The notes under the pieces were generated by a model that saw only the letters and a list, made by a program, of their open reading frames with translations, was not told where the DNA came from and did no database searches. Shown here in pieces: positions 36,350-49,489 of a DNA stretch of 52,999 nt. Origin of the DNA: Octopus bimaculoides (lineage: Eukaryota); the NCBI RefSeq assembly GCF_001194135.2, contig NC_068989.1:80062091-80115089 (forward strand). Direction: 5' to 3'. How positions within the stretch are numbered: the first letter of the stretch is position 1; each line of letters begins with the position of its first letter. The translations under genes were made by a program, and so were the position numbers.

Positions 36350-38939
36350 CGAGTTTTAACATGACTAACGTTTTATCAGACACAGTAGTGTTGGTGACAT
36401 GAGTTTATATCCAGAACTTCCGCTGCCACCCTCTTTTCTTTAGAAGAGTATTTCTGTTAAAATATGAGAATGTTGTCATAACGATGATGGAGTCCGGCAG
36501 GCTGTTGGTTTAGCCAAAGAATTGTGCCTACTGCGTATATGTCTATACAGAGACTCTCTATATGGTACATTAAATGCAAATCTGAAATCGCTGCTGGTAT
36601 CTTTAGATAACGATATATTCTTCATATGAATATACGATAATGTAAAATAGAATTATATTGAAAGATGGAAGAAATTGTATTTCACAGAGAAATATCCATC
36701 GGCGGTCATTTTTTGCAAATATATTAATCCTTAATCTTCTGTTAATACAGCGAAACATAGCCAACCGTTCGTGTTGTCCATGTTTCCAAACTCTTTTTGA
36801 ATTAAATACGAATGCAATATACTGAGTGAGTTCAAATCCTTATATGGGGAATTACTATTGCAAATTTTTCTCCAAGAAATATCTCTGTAGATTCCTCATC
36901 GGTAAAGCGACTAAGAGATGTCTTTGACTAGAAGAGGCAATGGAATTACTCAAACATAGAAAACTTATGATTGTTCTTCGTTATGAAAAGAAATGAAATT
37001 TATTATAAGAATGTTTTCAGAAGTGAAAAATATTCAATTCTAAGTATTCACCATTATAACAGAGAATTCGAAATTCCACTGCAATGTGATGATAGACAAT
37101 TGACATTTTCATAAATTTATTATATGAAACGATTGACTAACACTGTATTTGATGTGTTATGTAAAATGAAAATCTGACAAAAGTAGAACCTTGACCCGGT
37201 AAATGCAATTCAGTTACACCATAAGAGCAGTCAATAAATTTGTCAGGCATTCATGTTTGAAAGAAATCAAATGAGCGAAGATTCAACAAAATATGTTGCA
37301 AAAGGCATAGTTAAAACCTTTCAGGTGAAATGGGAATGTTATAATTAGACACCAAAACATATTAACTCCGATAGCATTAAGAGAGTAACAAGTACACTAA
37401 ATTTTCTCGGAGCCAAAACAGATTTATAATCAATGAGAAAAATAACGGAATGCAAAGGAATTAACATGTTTCTAATTGGCAGCAACCGACGTTTTTCAGG
37501 ACGCACTGACAAAGAATCTTTTCATTTGTATCCTGCTAAATGTCGCTTTAAATTTTTATAATATTTCTATCGTCAAAATATTTTATAGTCAGTTGAATTT
37601 CTAACAGAGGCTTGTGTCAGATTTTACAAGAAGGTTATACATAGTTCATAATGTAAAAATATATCTGATACCATTGTCTTCTCTGAAATGATAAAATAAA
37701 TCTTTAATTCTAAGATACCAAGATGCGGAAAAATATACAAAATTTTAACAATATAGTTTTCAGCAAGTGTTTTGTCAAATTAAGGTCTACTATCGTCCAT
37801 TTGGAAACTTTCTGCCTTTCAGGGTGGGGAGGAGAAGGTATACAGTTGGGACTCTTTAAGCAAATCTAAAAACCGAAGAATAAAACAGTAGCTTGGCTCC
37901 TATAATAATATCCTCTGAGCGTGCTTGTGAAATTCTTGAAATCATGGAAAAATGAATGAATAGTGTGAAATAAAATTTTACAGTTTAAAAATGCACCGTG
38001 TGATGTTTTTATAGGACCAACAAGAGATTATATTTGATTCTGACATGAATATAAAACTGTGTTGTTGCTTAGGTTATCACCTCGAGAATAGTATCGACAT
38101 GGTAAGTAATTTAACTCCAAAAATATATTAGCAGAGGAAATCAAAGAAACACTGTTAGGAATTAACGATAACGACTAAAAACCTAATTTAATGTATTATT
38201 AAAATTCTTAAAATACCTTACATATATGTGAATGAAATATTTTCTATATGAGAACAAATCTCTTGGTCTCTACGTCCACTTTAAATTTAATGAAAATCTT
38301 AAGAAAATGGGATAAGTTGATGACAATTAAAATGCCTCTCAAATATCTAGTTGATTGTTTTATTTCTTCTGAATGTTACTTTTCAACAGGCAAATTGTAA
38401 TACGAATTAACTTTACTGGGAAGCGTAAAAAGATGTAAAGTCAACAAATTTAATCTCTAATAATTTCAGATAAAAATGTAAAATTTGCATTCATACTATA
38501 GCTTGTTAAGTATAAGAGACAAGACCAGTAAAACAGAAGCTCCCAGACTGTATTAACTTATGTCGAAATCCGAAAAGGGAAATACAAGAAAATTATGAAG
38601 AATGTACCAAGAAAACGTCCTCCCAGAATATACAATATTTAAGAAAATGAAAATACACAACTGTTATTTCATCAACATATCTGGGCAACGAACAACGGGC
38701 AATTCATATAAGATTTCTTCAAATCTGCTGAAGATCAGTAAAGTTTTAGGCACACTCCTTCTTGCTTTCCTTGAGTATACGTAGGTGTTGAGGACAACAA
38801 CTAACATCGAGGAATACAATGATGATAAACGAGAAGATACCGATAGTGACATTGCAAAATTCAAAACAGAAAACATAATCAATACACATTTATAATAATG
38901 TGATGGTGAAAATCTAAGCTTATAATATGCAACAGACGA

Positions 38940-39240
38940 TTGTACCGACAATACTACGATTATGAATCATCAACTTAGATAGTCTGATCGTCTCCGTTTA
39001 GAGGACACCCGGATTCCAAATCAGGTGTTGTATGGTGAGCTGGAACAAGAAAAAACATCTGCAGTACAAGCCACGCAAGTGTTTCAAAGACAATGTTAAA
39101 ATCTCTCTTAAAAACGATCGATGCCGGTAATAACACCTAGGAAGATCTTACATCAGATAGGCAGCTGTGGAGGAATCTGACTGCCACTCCTGTTAAAGAA
39201 TTCGAAAAACCAGATTGCATACATTTAGTTGAAACGCGTC
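38940..39240 (+). pseudogene. RTE-clade LINE 3' ORF remnant
   Basis: IMNHQLR*SDRLRLEDTRIPNQVLYGELEQ/KPRKCFKDNVKISLK/T*EDLTSDRQLWRNL matches the RTE C-terminus (QLRW.GH..RM.D.RIPKQ.LYGEL..G.R..G.P.KRFKD..K..LK..WE..A.DR..WR). Confidence 0.85.
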
Positions 39241-39771
39241 AATAAATATACGGAGGATGCGAAGTTTCTCCTCGAGAAGAGCACGAAGCAGTCTCTGTCG
39301 TGTGACTAGTGTGTGTTTATATATAAATATGTGCGTGTGTGTGTGTGTGTGTTTGGGTATGCGTGTTTGTGTTTATATGTATATGCAAACACACACACAC
39401 TCACACACACACACACACACACATACACACGTTTCTAATAAACACATGACCCTGTTCGATCTTTGTATTTCTAAATGTAATTTTTTGGAATTTCCTAAGT
39501 TTGTTTTCGCCGTTAACTTTGATCACTAAACTTCCTAAAACTACATTCAACTTTCCCAGACCCTCACGGAGTTTACTGCCAAAGGGTTTTTGATGCGTTA
39601 CGGTTCCAGGCTACAAGCCACGTGTTAATTTGTTTTGTCGTGTTCAAATTTTTTAGTGTTGATCTGTATATGTATGCGCGCGCGCGCGTTTTGTGTATAT
39701 CTACATGCTCAGGTTTGATTGGAAACAAAGAACAAATATAACACAATACATGAGTGTGTGCATTTTATATG

Positions 39772-39824
<53 letters not shown>

Positions 39825-41300
39825 ATACATACATCGTATACATACATACATGCATTCATACTTTCATTCATTTATTTTGCTTGCTTTCTTATCTACACGT
39901 CAATGTTTGAGATTTGTACAGAATTTAAATAATCAAAATTAGAAGCGAAGATATACCAAAAGCTGATGGAAGGTTAAAAGTCCAGAGAAGATAATTTCAA
40001 AACATTAAGAATTTTGTCACATATCTTTACAGAATTTTATTCTTTGAAGGTAAAGAGCGACTATGAACATATTCTTAGGCCTGCTTCTCTTTGTTACCAT
40101 AGTATATTCTAACCACGCTTCCAGATAACTGAATAGATTCTGACATGCAGAGAAAAAAAGAAGTAAAAAATGTAATGTTGAATACTAATTTAAGGCTGTC
40201 CCTTCCAGCAACAAGAAACCATTAAAAGCTGCAGAGCAGAAGATGTCTTTTTTTTTATCGTAAGTCATTCTTCGCATCTAATCAACAGCCGTTCGGTTTC
40301 TGTAGTTGCCAGAAACATCACGTATCAAAGTTTCCACGGCCTTCTTGTTTATGATACATAAAAAGCATTCGACCGTGTCTAATATAAGGAAAAATTTTCA
40401 CTAAATTAAGCGCCTACAAAATCTGTCTATCTTGCAGTGTTAGAATCCTCGTTTGCATTGCTGACTGTTTTATTACATGCTCAATTTTTGCTATATTCCT
40501 CAAGTTTGGTTTATGTCTGATCAAGCTGCCTTCTGTGTGATTGCTGTCCAGTGTGTTTATGTGTGCTGTTGTAACATCATTGCATTTATACTGGTATTAC
40601 TTTCATGTGAATCACATTGGTTGTAAATTCAAAATCTAGTCATCGCTGTACACATTGGGCAATGTATTTGCGATGTTGTCACTTTACTCTAAAATAAATT
40701 CTGCTCTATTTATTCCTAGACTTTATTCTTGGCAGAAAACAATGTGCTTCTTGATGGAACTGAGATGCGCTTATTGGCTTCGTCTGCTGGTGAAGGCTTA
40801 TGCCATTAACCGAGTCTGGAAAGTTTCGATTCTGTAATGAAGTAGTCGATGATAAGCGGTGGAAATTGATCTCAGGACTCAAAGAAACAAGACGGCTGTC
40901 ATACTATATCGCCTTCATTTGGACACCTATCCACTAGCCACGACTTATACTTTATCTATCGATCTTGAATGATAAACGCAATTTTGACCTCGGTGGTGTT
41001 TGAATTCAGAATGGAATCAGTTGCAACAAATACTGGAAGTCTTTGTGGCTGACACACAAAAGATTCGTTACCAATTCGTTACCTTTAAGCATATTCTTAT
41101 GTATGACGGGATGCTGACAAGAGGACCAATTAATTATGATTTTATCCAACATATTCCCCTCATATATTCACACACTTATAGCAGCGGTATTTCAGTATAG
41201 GCTCTGTAAAAGAACTCGGAAGGTTATATATATGTATATATATATANNNNNNNNNNTATATAAACATGTATATATATATTATATATACATACATATATAT

Positions 41301-41648
41301 TCTGTTATTTATTTCACTTATTTGACTGCGGCCATGCTGGAGCACCGCCTTTAGTCCAACAAATCAACCCCAGAACGTATTCTATCGGTCTCTTTTGCCG
41401 TACCGCTAAGTTATGGGGGCGTAAGCACACCAACATCGGTTGCCAAGCGATGGTTTGGAGACACACACAAACACACAAACACACAAACATATACATATAT
41501 ATAAGCTTCTTTCAGTCTCCGTCTACCAAATCCACTCACAAGGCTTTGGTTGACACGAGGCTATAGTAGAAGACACTTGCCCAAGGTGCCACGCAGAGGG
41601 ACTCAACCCGGAACCATATGACTGGTAAGCACGCAGCCACTCCTGCGC

Positions 41649-41649
<1 letters not shown>
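41301..41649 (-). mobile_element. Family B SINE, near full length
   Basis: tttgactgcggccatgctggagcaccgccttt..ctaccaaatccactcacaaggctttgg..gacacttgcccaaggtgccacgc..cagccactcctgcgcc. Confidence 0.9.
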
Positions 41650-41691
<42 letters not shown>

Positions 41692-42109
41692 CATTAAAGC
41701 ATACACACGCATCTATATATATGCTGTTTTACCAAACAGCACATCTTATTCAAACGATGTTACTTTTTATCCCTTCCTCATCTCCTCAGTCAAGCAGTGA
41801 CACATGAATCAACACAACAGACATCTACTCTTTCTAGAAAAGTAGGAACGTGCCCAGTTAGTATCTCTCCGCAATACACGAAGGAAACGGTCTCGAATTA
41901 CGTCCTTCCAGTGTATGAACAACACATTAATTTACGTTTCAAAGCATCCACATAAATACCTCAACAAGTGATCCTGTATATGAGGGCTGGAACTGTATTA
42001 AATTCAAGCTAAATTCAAGCTGAATTTCTCTCAAAACCTTGTCTTAATAGAGAAAATAACATATTAGATATTGTAGACCTACGAAATCCTACAAGAATGG
42101 ATTGCCACA

Positions 42110-42380
42110 GTTGGAATGCTTTTGATTATAAGTCTGTCGATCAGAATTCGTTTGAGATCTAATCAACAGCAACAACTTCACATATCTAACATTGCCAAAT
42201 CTGCTTACCAAAGACTAGATATCGTATCAGATACCACTGTAATTCCCATAGAAGTTGTACCCAAATGTATATATTCAATAGTTGTACAACTGCACATACG
42301 ATTATGTTGGATTGTATCCAAAAAAACAAGGTGATTTGGCAAAGATTCAGTTTCCCCACATGCTACAACCATTGGCTCGC
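42110..42380 (+). pseudogene. CR1/Jockey-type LINE RT C-terminal remnant
   Basis: LHISNIAKSAYQRL..LDCIQK..MLQPLAR resembles W..HIS.IAKSAS.KLG.L..LLDR.Q..A..LQPL.HRR. Confidence 0.5.
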
Positions 42381-42637
42381 GAACCTACGAGAAGTCCTCG
42401 GCGTTGGTGATCTACTTGAAAGAAATAGCAGATGAAACCCGTCTTAAATCATTCACAACTGCCTTTCATTTCTCTAAAGCAAGAGAAACGATAATTTAGA
42501 TATAATGTAATCTGTGATAACGCTTGCACGAAATGACAGGACCTTCGTATGCGTGTCTGCTCGATTTGGCTGATAAGGAACTAAGCAACGATAACGGATA
42601 GCAAACGCCATTGGACCCCGATAGAAATACTAAGTAT

Positions 42638-42661
42638 TACTTCTGTCATTACTACTACTAT

Positions 42662-42707
<46 letters not shown>

Positions 42708-42801
42708 GCTGCAGTTACTTCTGCTGCTGCTGCTACAACTACCACCACCACCTTCACCACCTCTGTCATTACTAAAACTACTACTACTACTACTGGTGCT
42801 G

Positions 42802-42849
<48 letters not shown>

Positions 42850-43140
42850 TTACTACTACTATTACTACTACTACTATTACTACTACTACTACTATTACTA
42901 CTACTACTACTACTACTACTATTACTACTACTACTACTACTACAACTACTACTACTACTACTACTACTACTAATATTACTACTACTATTACTACTACTAC
43001 TACTACTACTACTACACCTACCACTGCAGTTGCTTCCGCTGCTGCTGCTACAACTACTACTTCTACCACCACCACATTCAAGACCATCATCATTACTCCT
43101 ATTACTACTACTACTACTGCTGCTACTACTACTACTACTG
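42638..43140. repeat. Compound (ACT)n/(GCT)n/(ACC)n array with higher-order duplication
   Basis: Block gcagtt.cttc.gctgctgctgctacaactac..ccaccac at 42710 and 43026. Confidence 0.85.
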
Positions 43141-43409
43141 TCTCTGCAGTTCTGAATAAGCAATCTACAAACCACATGCGTTCACGCCATGCCCCCACTG
43201 CCGTCTCCTGCCTCTCCTCTTTTTAACATTGTGTGCTGCGCCTCTCCCTGTACAAAAAATTCCACACTAAATACTTCAATCAGTCCTTCTTCCTCAGTGT
43301 TAGAACTACAAAACAGTTTGGAATTTTCTTGCCACCCACATTTCGAACTAAAGAAACAGAAAAAAAATCATCCGCGTCGATCTCATTATGTAAGAAGGCA
43401 TACAAATAT

Positions 43410-43421
43410 CATAAATGCTTT

Positions 43422-43507
<86 letters not shown>

Positions 43508-43539
43508 TTGCTACTACTACTGTGCCTATAGAAGAAAGG

Positions 43540-43600
<61 letters not shown>
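43410..43600. repeat. (ACT)n(GCT)n and (ATT)n microsatellites
   Basis: Direct reading. Confidence 0.95.
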
Positions 43601-43603
<3 letters not shown>

Positions 43604-43681
43604 GCTTGACTTTTGCTTTATATTTGTACAAGTTGGTTCCAAGTCTCACCTAGAGACCACAACAGACAACAAGTTAGAAGT

Positions 43682-44176
43682 TCATGCTGGTGTTATTCCT
43701 AAGATGTCATATATTTGGTTTTGCACGTAGTATCGTTTTAGAGAAAGTTTAAGAAACTGTAAGTCACGACCGGTGTGGTTAAAATATTGATCGCTTCGAT
43801 CCTGTTTCTTGCATTCATCTCTGTCTTGAGTATTATCGATAGTGTCATGTTCATTCATACTGGTTTCTTTAATTTTCAGCCATTCAATCACGATTTGATT
43901 TTTTAGATCATGTAGTTCAGTTGGGTCAATTTCTGTGTGACTTTTTTCATCTAATCGATTTTCATCTGCCTTAGTGTCTATGGTTGGTTCAAAGAGTATT
44001 TCACTTTGCTTATCAGTTACATTAACTCTTTCAAACATCACTGCATTTTCATCAGACCTGGGTTGGTCTATAATTATTTCCTCTGTAGTACCTTTTTTAG
44101 CTGCAACTTCGTACCTTTTATCCCTTACTGAAAGTTCAGTTTGGTCAATCTCTAATTCAGTTGGTATTTTCTTTTT
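43682..44176 (-). other. 164-codon stop-to-stop open frame, acidic (E/D/T/K-rich), internally repetitive; possible exon or pseudo-exon of unknown product
   Basis: The frame of the listed 119-aa ORF stays open upstream to the TGA at 44179-44177. Repeats EIDQTEL/EIDPTEL and IDQPRSDEN/IDTKADEN. Not microsatellite-derived. No convincing splice sites or recognisable domain. Confidence 0.3.
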
Positions 44177-44334
44177 TCATAATGTTTCTTCTGACGTTGG
44201 CAAGTTTGTTACTGTCTATCTACGGTCTTACTTCAAGGTGTTTCTGTCTCCAATTTAAATAGGTTTTTACAGTATTAGATTTATGCGTGGGGAAACACAT
44301 GGCATGATAGAAGGCCTTAAGAACTTCTTTTCTT

Positions 44335-44345
44335 TATTATTATTA

Positions 44346-44422
<77 letters not shown>

Positions 44423-44437
44423 ATTATTATTATTATT
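44335..44437. repeat. (TTA)n microsatellite
   Basis: Direct reading. Confidence 0.95.
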
Positions 44438-46318
44438 GCCTTTGCACAGCTTCTAACGCTGGAGATGTACTACCGTGTCAGGTGTTCACTACCAGTGAAC
44501 TAAGGTAACACCTCTTATTCCCCCCCCACCCGAAATCCCTGGCCTTGTGCCGAAATTTGAAATTATTATTATTATTGTTGTTGTTGTTGTTGCTGTTGTG
44601 ATTGTTGCTGCTGTTGTTGTGATTGTTGCTGTTGTTGTTATTGTTGTTTTGTTGTTGCTGCTGCTGTTGTTATTGTTTATTAACGACACTTGTGTACAGA
44701 TGAGTAAGAAAAAAACAGAACAAAACAGACAAAAGTTTCTAAACGTATATAATTTTAAAACAGTAAACAAACTTATTTCTTTTTCGAAAGAAACAAAGAA
44801 TTAAACGAATACCAATGTTTAATTATATGAATTCCAATATTCTATGTCTCACCACTCTTCGGCGAAATAATCTATTAGCGAAACAATACATTAACTTCGC
44901 TAAGTAATTTTCTGTTTCGTTTTGTAATTTTAATTTGAGAATAAGAGATTCGTTCAGCAACATAGGAAATATTAATCGCTAATATTCAGGTGCGATAGAA
45001 GCATAACAAGTTGAATAGACTCTATAGTTGCTTTTAAAGTGAAGTTTATAAGGACGGTCGTCTGGATAATATAGATGAAAAATAGAAAAGGGTTGGTGGA
45101 TTTGTTTGGCGGAGATTTATAGAATGTGTACTTTGCGTGCTAATAGGAAGCACAATGTGGTGGGGGTTCTAAATCGGAAATGATTTTCCCCACAGATATA
45201 ATTCTCAAACTCATTTGCGAGAAACATTTTCCGAAACACACGACGCTGGAGATTGCACGAAGCACCATATTCTATTCAAACTATTCTGTAGTGAAACAGA
45301 CGAAATATCCACACATGAAAACAATCACCCGCCATTAATATATAATGTCACAGGCACTTACTTACATAAAACACACATACATAATCAGACACTTACCAAG
45401 CCACATGTGTGTTGTAACACACGCAAGCACGTTTTAACGGTACACACGCTGCCCTTGCACACATGTTGATCTTTCTCTACACACACACATAAGCGAAGCA
45501 CATACGATTCCACACACACATACACACGCATGAGCGAAGCACACACGTCTCTATATCACTCGCACATATACGCAAGTAGACGATGAAACACTCCTAAAGA
45601 AACTAAACACACATACGCAATAGTGCACAACTGATCAAATTACACACGCTGTAAAACTTCACACAAACTTACACACACACACACATAAACACACACACAT
45701 ACATACACACGCACAAAAAAGCGCCAAAATATTATCCTTAGTAGACACGCGCAAATGCAAACACATAATAGCTAACTGACAGCATAACAAAAATACACAC
45801 ACATATTACACACACCAGCCCGCATCTATACTCACCAGTTACAACACACACGTAAAAGCACAACAACACTACACATTCACATGCAAACTCATGCAGGCAT
45901 ACACACTCACACACACACATACACACGCACGCACATACACACAACATTACCAAACGCACATCACACCAACAAACTTTTCTTGGGGTGATATGCGTTTCTT
46001 CTTGCAGTCTGATTATTTATTGATGCCTTCATTTGGTCACCTGTTTTTTTAAATGGCGTTACAACTGATTTTTCGGAGTTCGTTTAATTCATTTTTTACG
46101 TACTTGTTGTTCTTTTTTACTTTCTTCATTATTTCTCTTTCTCTTTCTCCATAGTTTATCTTTCCGGCAAAAACCCTCAGCTTGAAGCATCGGAAACATG
46201 TACAAAAAGAAATTTTTTCAGTTTATCGTACATCGATACGGAAAAAAATCCACAACATTCCGTCTCAGTAAACCACTATTGTCCTTGTAAGTTGTTTTAT
46301 GTCTTTATTACGGATTGC

Positions 46319-46530
46319 TTGACTAGCACGGATTTTTTTCTTCTGGGGGTAGTTAAAAGAGAGGATTTACGTTAACAAGCCAGAGACCCTGATGTAACTA
46401 AAGAAGAACATCAATAGAGAAATCAGAGAATTGGGTCTGAAACTCTTGAGGGTGTTATAGTGCAAGTTTTAGAAAGAGCACAGCGTGCGTAGGCGAAAAT
46501 GGCTGCCATTTAAGCGGTCATTTTTCATAA
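46319..46530 (+). pseudogene. Tc1/mariner-superfamily transposase C-terminal remnant (maT/rosa-like)
   Basis: LTSTDFF/FWG*LKERIYVNKPETLM*LKKNINREIRELG/ETLEGVIVQVLERAQ..NGCHL fits (SPD)LT..DFFLWGYLK..VY.NKP.T...LK.NI..EI..I..E.L..V......R...C....G.HL. Confidence 0.75.
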
Positions 46531-46632
46531 GTGATGTAGTGGTGTTGCAAACGTTGATTTGCACATATTAATTACCATTATGTCCTTTATATTGAAACAA
46601 AATTTCATGCATTTATTTATAAAGTTAAGGAA

Positions 46633-46882
46633 GTTGTGTTCCTGAGCAAGACACTTTATTTCAAGTTGCTCCACTTCACTCAGCTGTAGAAATGAGTTGC
46701 GACGTCACTAGTGCCAAGATGTATCAACCTTTGCCTTTCCCTTGGATAAAATCAGTGGTGTGGAGAGGGCATGCTGGTATGCATGGGTGACTGCTGGTCT
46801 TCCATAAAAAAACCTTGCCCGGACTTGTGCCTCGGAGGTTAACTTTCTTTATGCAATCTCATGGTCATTCATGACCGAAGGG
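46633..46882 (+). mobile_element. Family D SINE, 5'-truncated
   Basis: Homologous to 11480-11720. Confidence 0.8.
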
Positions 46883-46904
46883 AATCACCCAAACATCCAT
46901 ATAG

Positions 46905-47051
46905 AGAGGTGGTGTAGAAAACAAACAGATGTATTAGTATAACGCTCGGGAATCGAAAATGTCTTTAACGTTTCGAGCCTACGCTCTTTCACAGAAAGGA
47001 ACACAGAAAGAAACAAGCAGAGAGTATATATATTTATATATATGTGCGTGC

Positions 47052-47107
<56 letters not shown>

Positions 47108-47450
47108 ATGTGTCTGTATTTGACTCCCACTATTACTTGACAACCGACGTTGGTGAGTTTGCGTCACTGTAACTTACCAGTCCGGCAAACATGACCGATG
47201 GAATAAGTACTAGGTTTACAAAGAATAAGTCCAGGGGTCGATTTCTTCGACTAAAAGCGGAGCGTCAGCATAGCCGCAGTCAAATGACTGATAAAAGAAT
47301 ATATATGTGTGTGTAGTTGAAAGTTATAGAAAAACGGAAGACAAAGATAGATGTATGAGAAAGAAGCAAGGAAAAATGAATATGCCTTTTACTTTCGGGC
47401 CTACGCTCTTCAGCAGAAAGGAATAAGAGAAAATAAACAGAGAGAAAAAA
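46905..47450 (-). mobile_element. Two diverged direct copies of a short Penelope-like terminal unit with hammerhead-like core (46961-46998; 47384-47420), flanking a family B SINE 3' half (47115-47298)
   Basis: Minus strand: CTTT-CTGTGA-AA-GAGC(gtag)GCTC-GAAA-CG-TT-AAAG and CTTT-CTGCTGA-A-GAGC(gtag)GCCC-GAAA-GT-A-AAAG. Shared flanks aaaac..agatgtat and gaaaggaa.a..gaaa..aa.cagagag. Confidence 0.55.
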
Positions 47451-49296
47451 AATGAATATACATATATATATATGTGTGTGTTTATATGATTCCACTGACA
47501 CAAACATATTCATATATGTGTATGTCTATTTAGTATAAAACATATATGTCTGTGTATATAAAAGCATATAAGTATGTATGTATGCATGTATGTATGTATA
47601 TCAGTTCTTAAAATCATTTGAAGTCTGGTTGGCTTCAGTTGTAATCTCAAATGTATTCATGGTAAATAATATCAACTTAATTTATTAAAGTGTACGTTTT
47701 CTTGGTGGAGAGGTCACGCTTTTGACTTTCGTGCAGACGAAATATTATGAATTAGTTTTTCAATATTCCAGAGATATTATTTATTTTATTTATAACAAAA
47801 TGTTATTGATTGTTTCCGTTTATACTGAAACAATGGACAATTTCATTCAAATATATATGTGTGTATATATATATNNNNNNNNNNNNNNNNNNNNNNNNNN
47901 NNNNNNNNNNNNNNNNNNNNNNNNNNNNNNNNNNNNNNNNNNNNNNNNNNNNNNNNNNNNNNNNNNNNNNNNNNNNNNNNNNNNNNNNNNNNNNNNNNNN
48001 NNNNNNNNNNNNNNNNNNNNNNNNNNNNNNNNNNNNNNNNNNNNNNNNNNNNNNNNNNNNNNNNNNNNNNNNNNNNNNNNNNNNNNNNNNNNNNNNNNNN
48101 NNAAATCAATGACCTTTATACATATAGAATGGTCATAAGTTTCAATTTTAAAAATATATATTTAAATGCTCATAAATTGTGGTCATACTTTGCTGGATAG
48201 CATTTTTATTTTATCTATTCTGTGTTATCGTCATAATATTAACAGGAATCATATTTTGTAGTTATTCGATTGTAATCAAATTAAAAATATCGCAGCTTAA
48301 AGGTTGTTACCGTAAAACTTCCGAAACATGTATTTGAGAAAAAAATTATCAAGCTGACGAAATTGTTGGAAACTTTATAAATGATATAACCTGCAGGCTA
48401 AGATATATCGTATGAAGAAGTTTTCAAAAACTTCCTCTATTTAATTACATCGTGGCTTTAGAAAGAAGATCACATCTATATGCTGGGTGCGAGGTATATA
48501 ATGTTAAATTACTTGGTATGTTGAAGCACTTTATCTATTAATATAAGACAAGCTGGCTACAGAAGATAATTAACTGCTCTAATTGATCAACAAGCCAGAC
48601 TAATTTGTTAGAAGATCTTCGCTCAATGTGAGTCTGATAAATTAGAAAGAAAAATTTAATAACTTATTTGCTGTGATTGCTCATGATGCAGTCGAACAAA
48701 TATGATGCAAAGAGGAATGTCTGCCAAAAATACTGTGAGCTGGAAATTTTGGGGAGACTTAATGTGCGCAAGGAGAAGGTATTTGGACAGGCGGGGTAAA
48801 AATTACGTACAAGAAATTTAGAAAATATAAAACGGAAAGATAACTATTGAAATACGTTACAAAAATAAAGAACTTAGAAATTTGGAGGATTGAGCATCGG
48901 CAAGGATGTCTCCGTGATCTTGTTTAGAGAAAGAGAAGACGTTAATTTAATTAAACCTTAGAAGAAATCTAGAAAACAGTGACAGGATATCAAAATAAAG
49001 CAATCCAATGGCGATCAAGCGTTAAGGAAACTTCATACCTCCCGGAAATGGGACCATATCAATAATTCTTTGGGAGAGAAAAACCTGTTTCACTTCTTTC
49101 TATGCAGCAAGTTTGAGAGAAACCTATAAAACGTCGCAACTTTTAAATTAAGAGAAAGCTTCCGGCCAGCGTATGTGATGAAACATTTTCACTGTCCAGT
49201 GCAACTGACGTCGCGAAACTTATGGTAACTTTCAGATAGATTATAGATCATGAGCAAAGATACATCACTCCATATATGTACATAACTTGGTCAAAA

Positions 49297-49489
49297 GCTT
49301 TCACACGGCCTGAAATATCGGGGTCGGGGTTAAGTGGGTTACATCGACCAAAGCTCCCAACTTGTTGGTACTTATTTTATCGTCCTCCAAAGGATAAAAG
49401 GCAAAGCTGACCTCGGCGGAATTTCAACACAGAAGTGCCGCTAGGTATTTTATCCGGTGTGCTAACGATTCTGCCACCAAACCACCGCC
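49297..49489 (-). mobile_element. Family M SINE monomer
   Basis: ttacatcgacc..tggtacttattttatcg..aaggataaaaggcaaagctgacctcggcggaattt..gtgtgctaacgattctgcca. Confidence 0.8.

Noticed and set aside
40290-40385. D.*KAFDRV LINE RT motif
   Set aside because: One short motif without collinear neighbours; may be an old LINE scrap but is not supportable.
48690-49150. Possible decayed AP-endonuclease (ILG.FN-like at about 48750; VATFKLR at about 49135)
   Set aside because: Needs several frameshifts and substitutions; requires a profile search (Exo_endo_phos) to decide.
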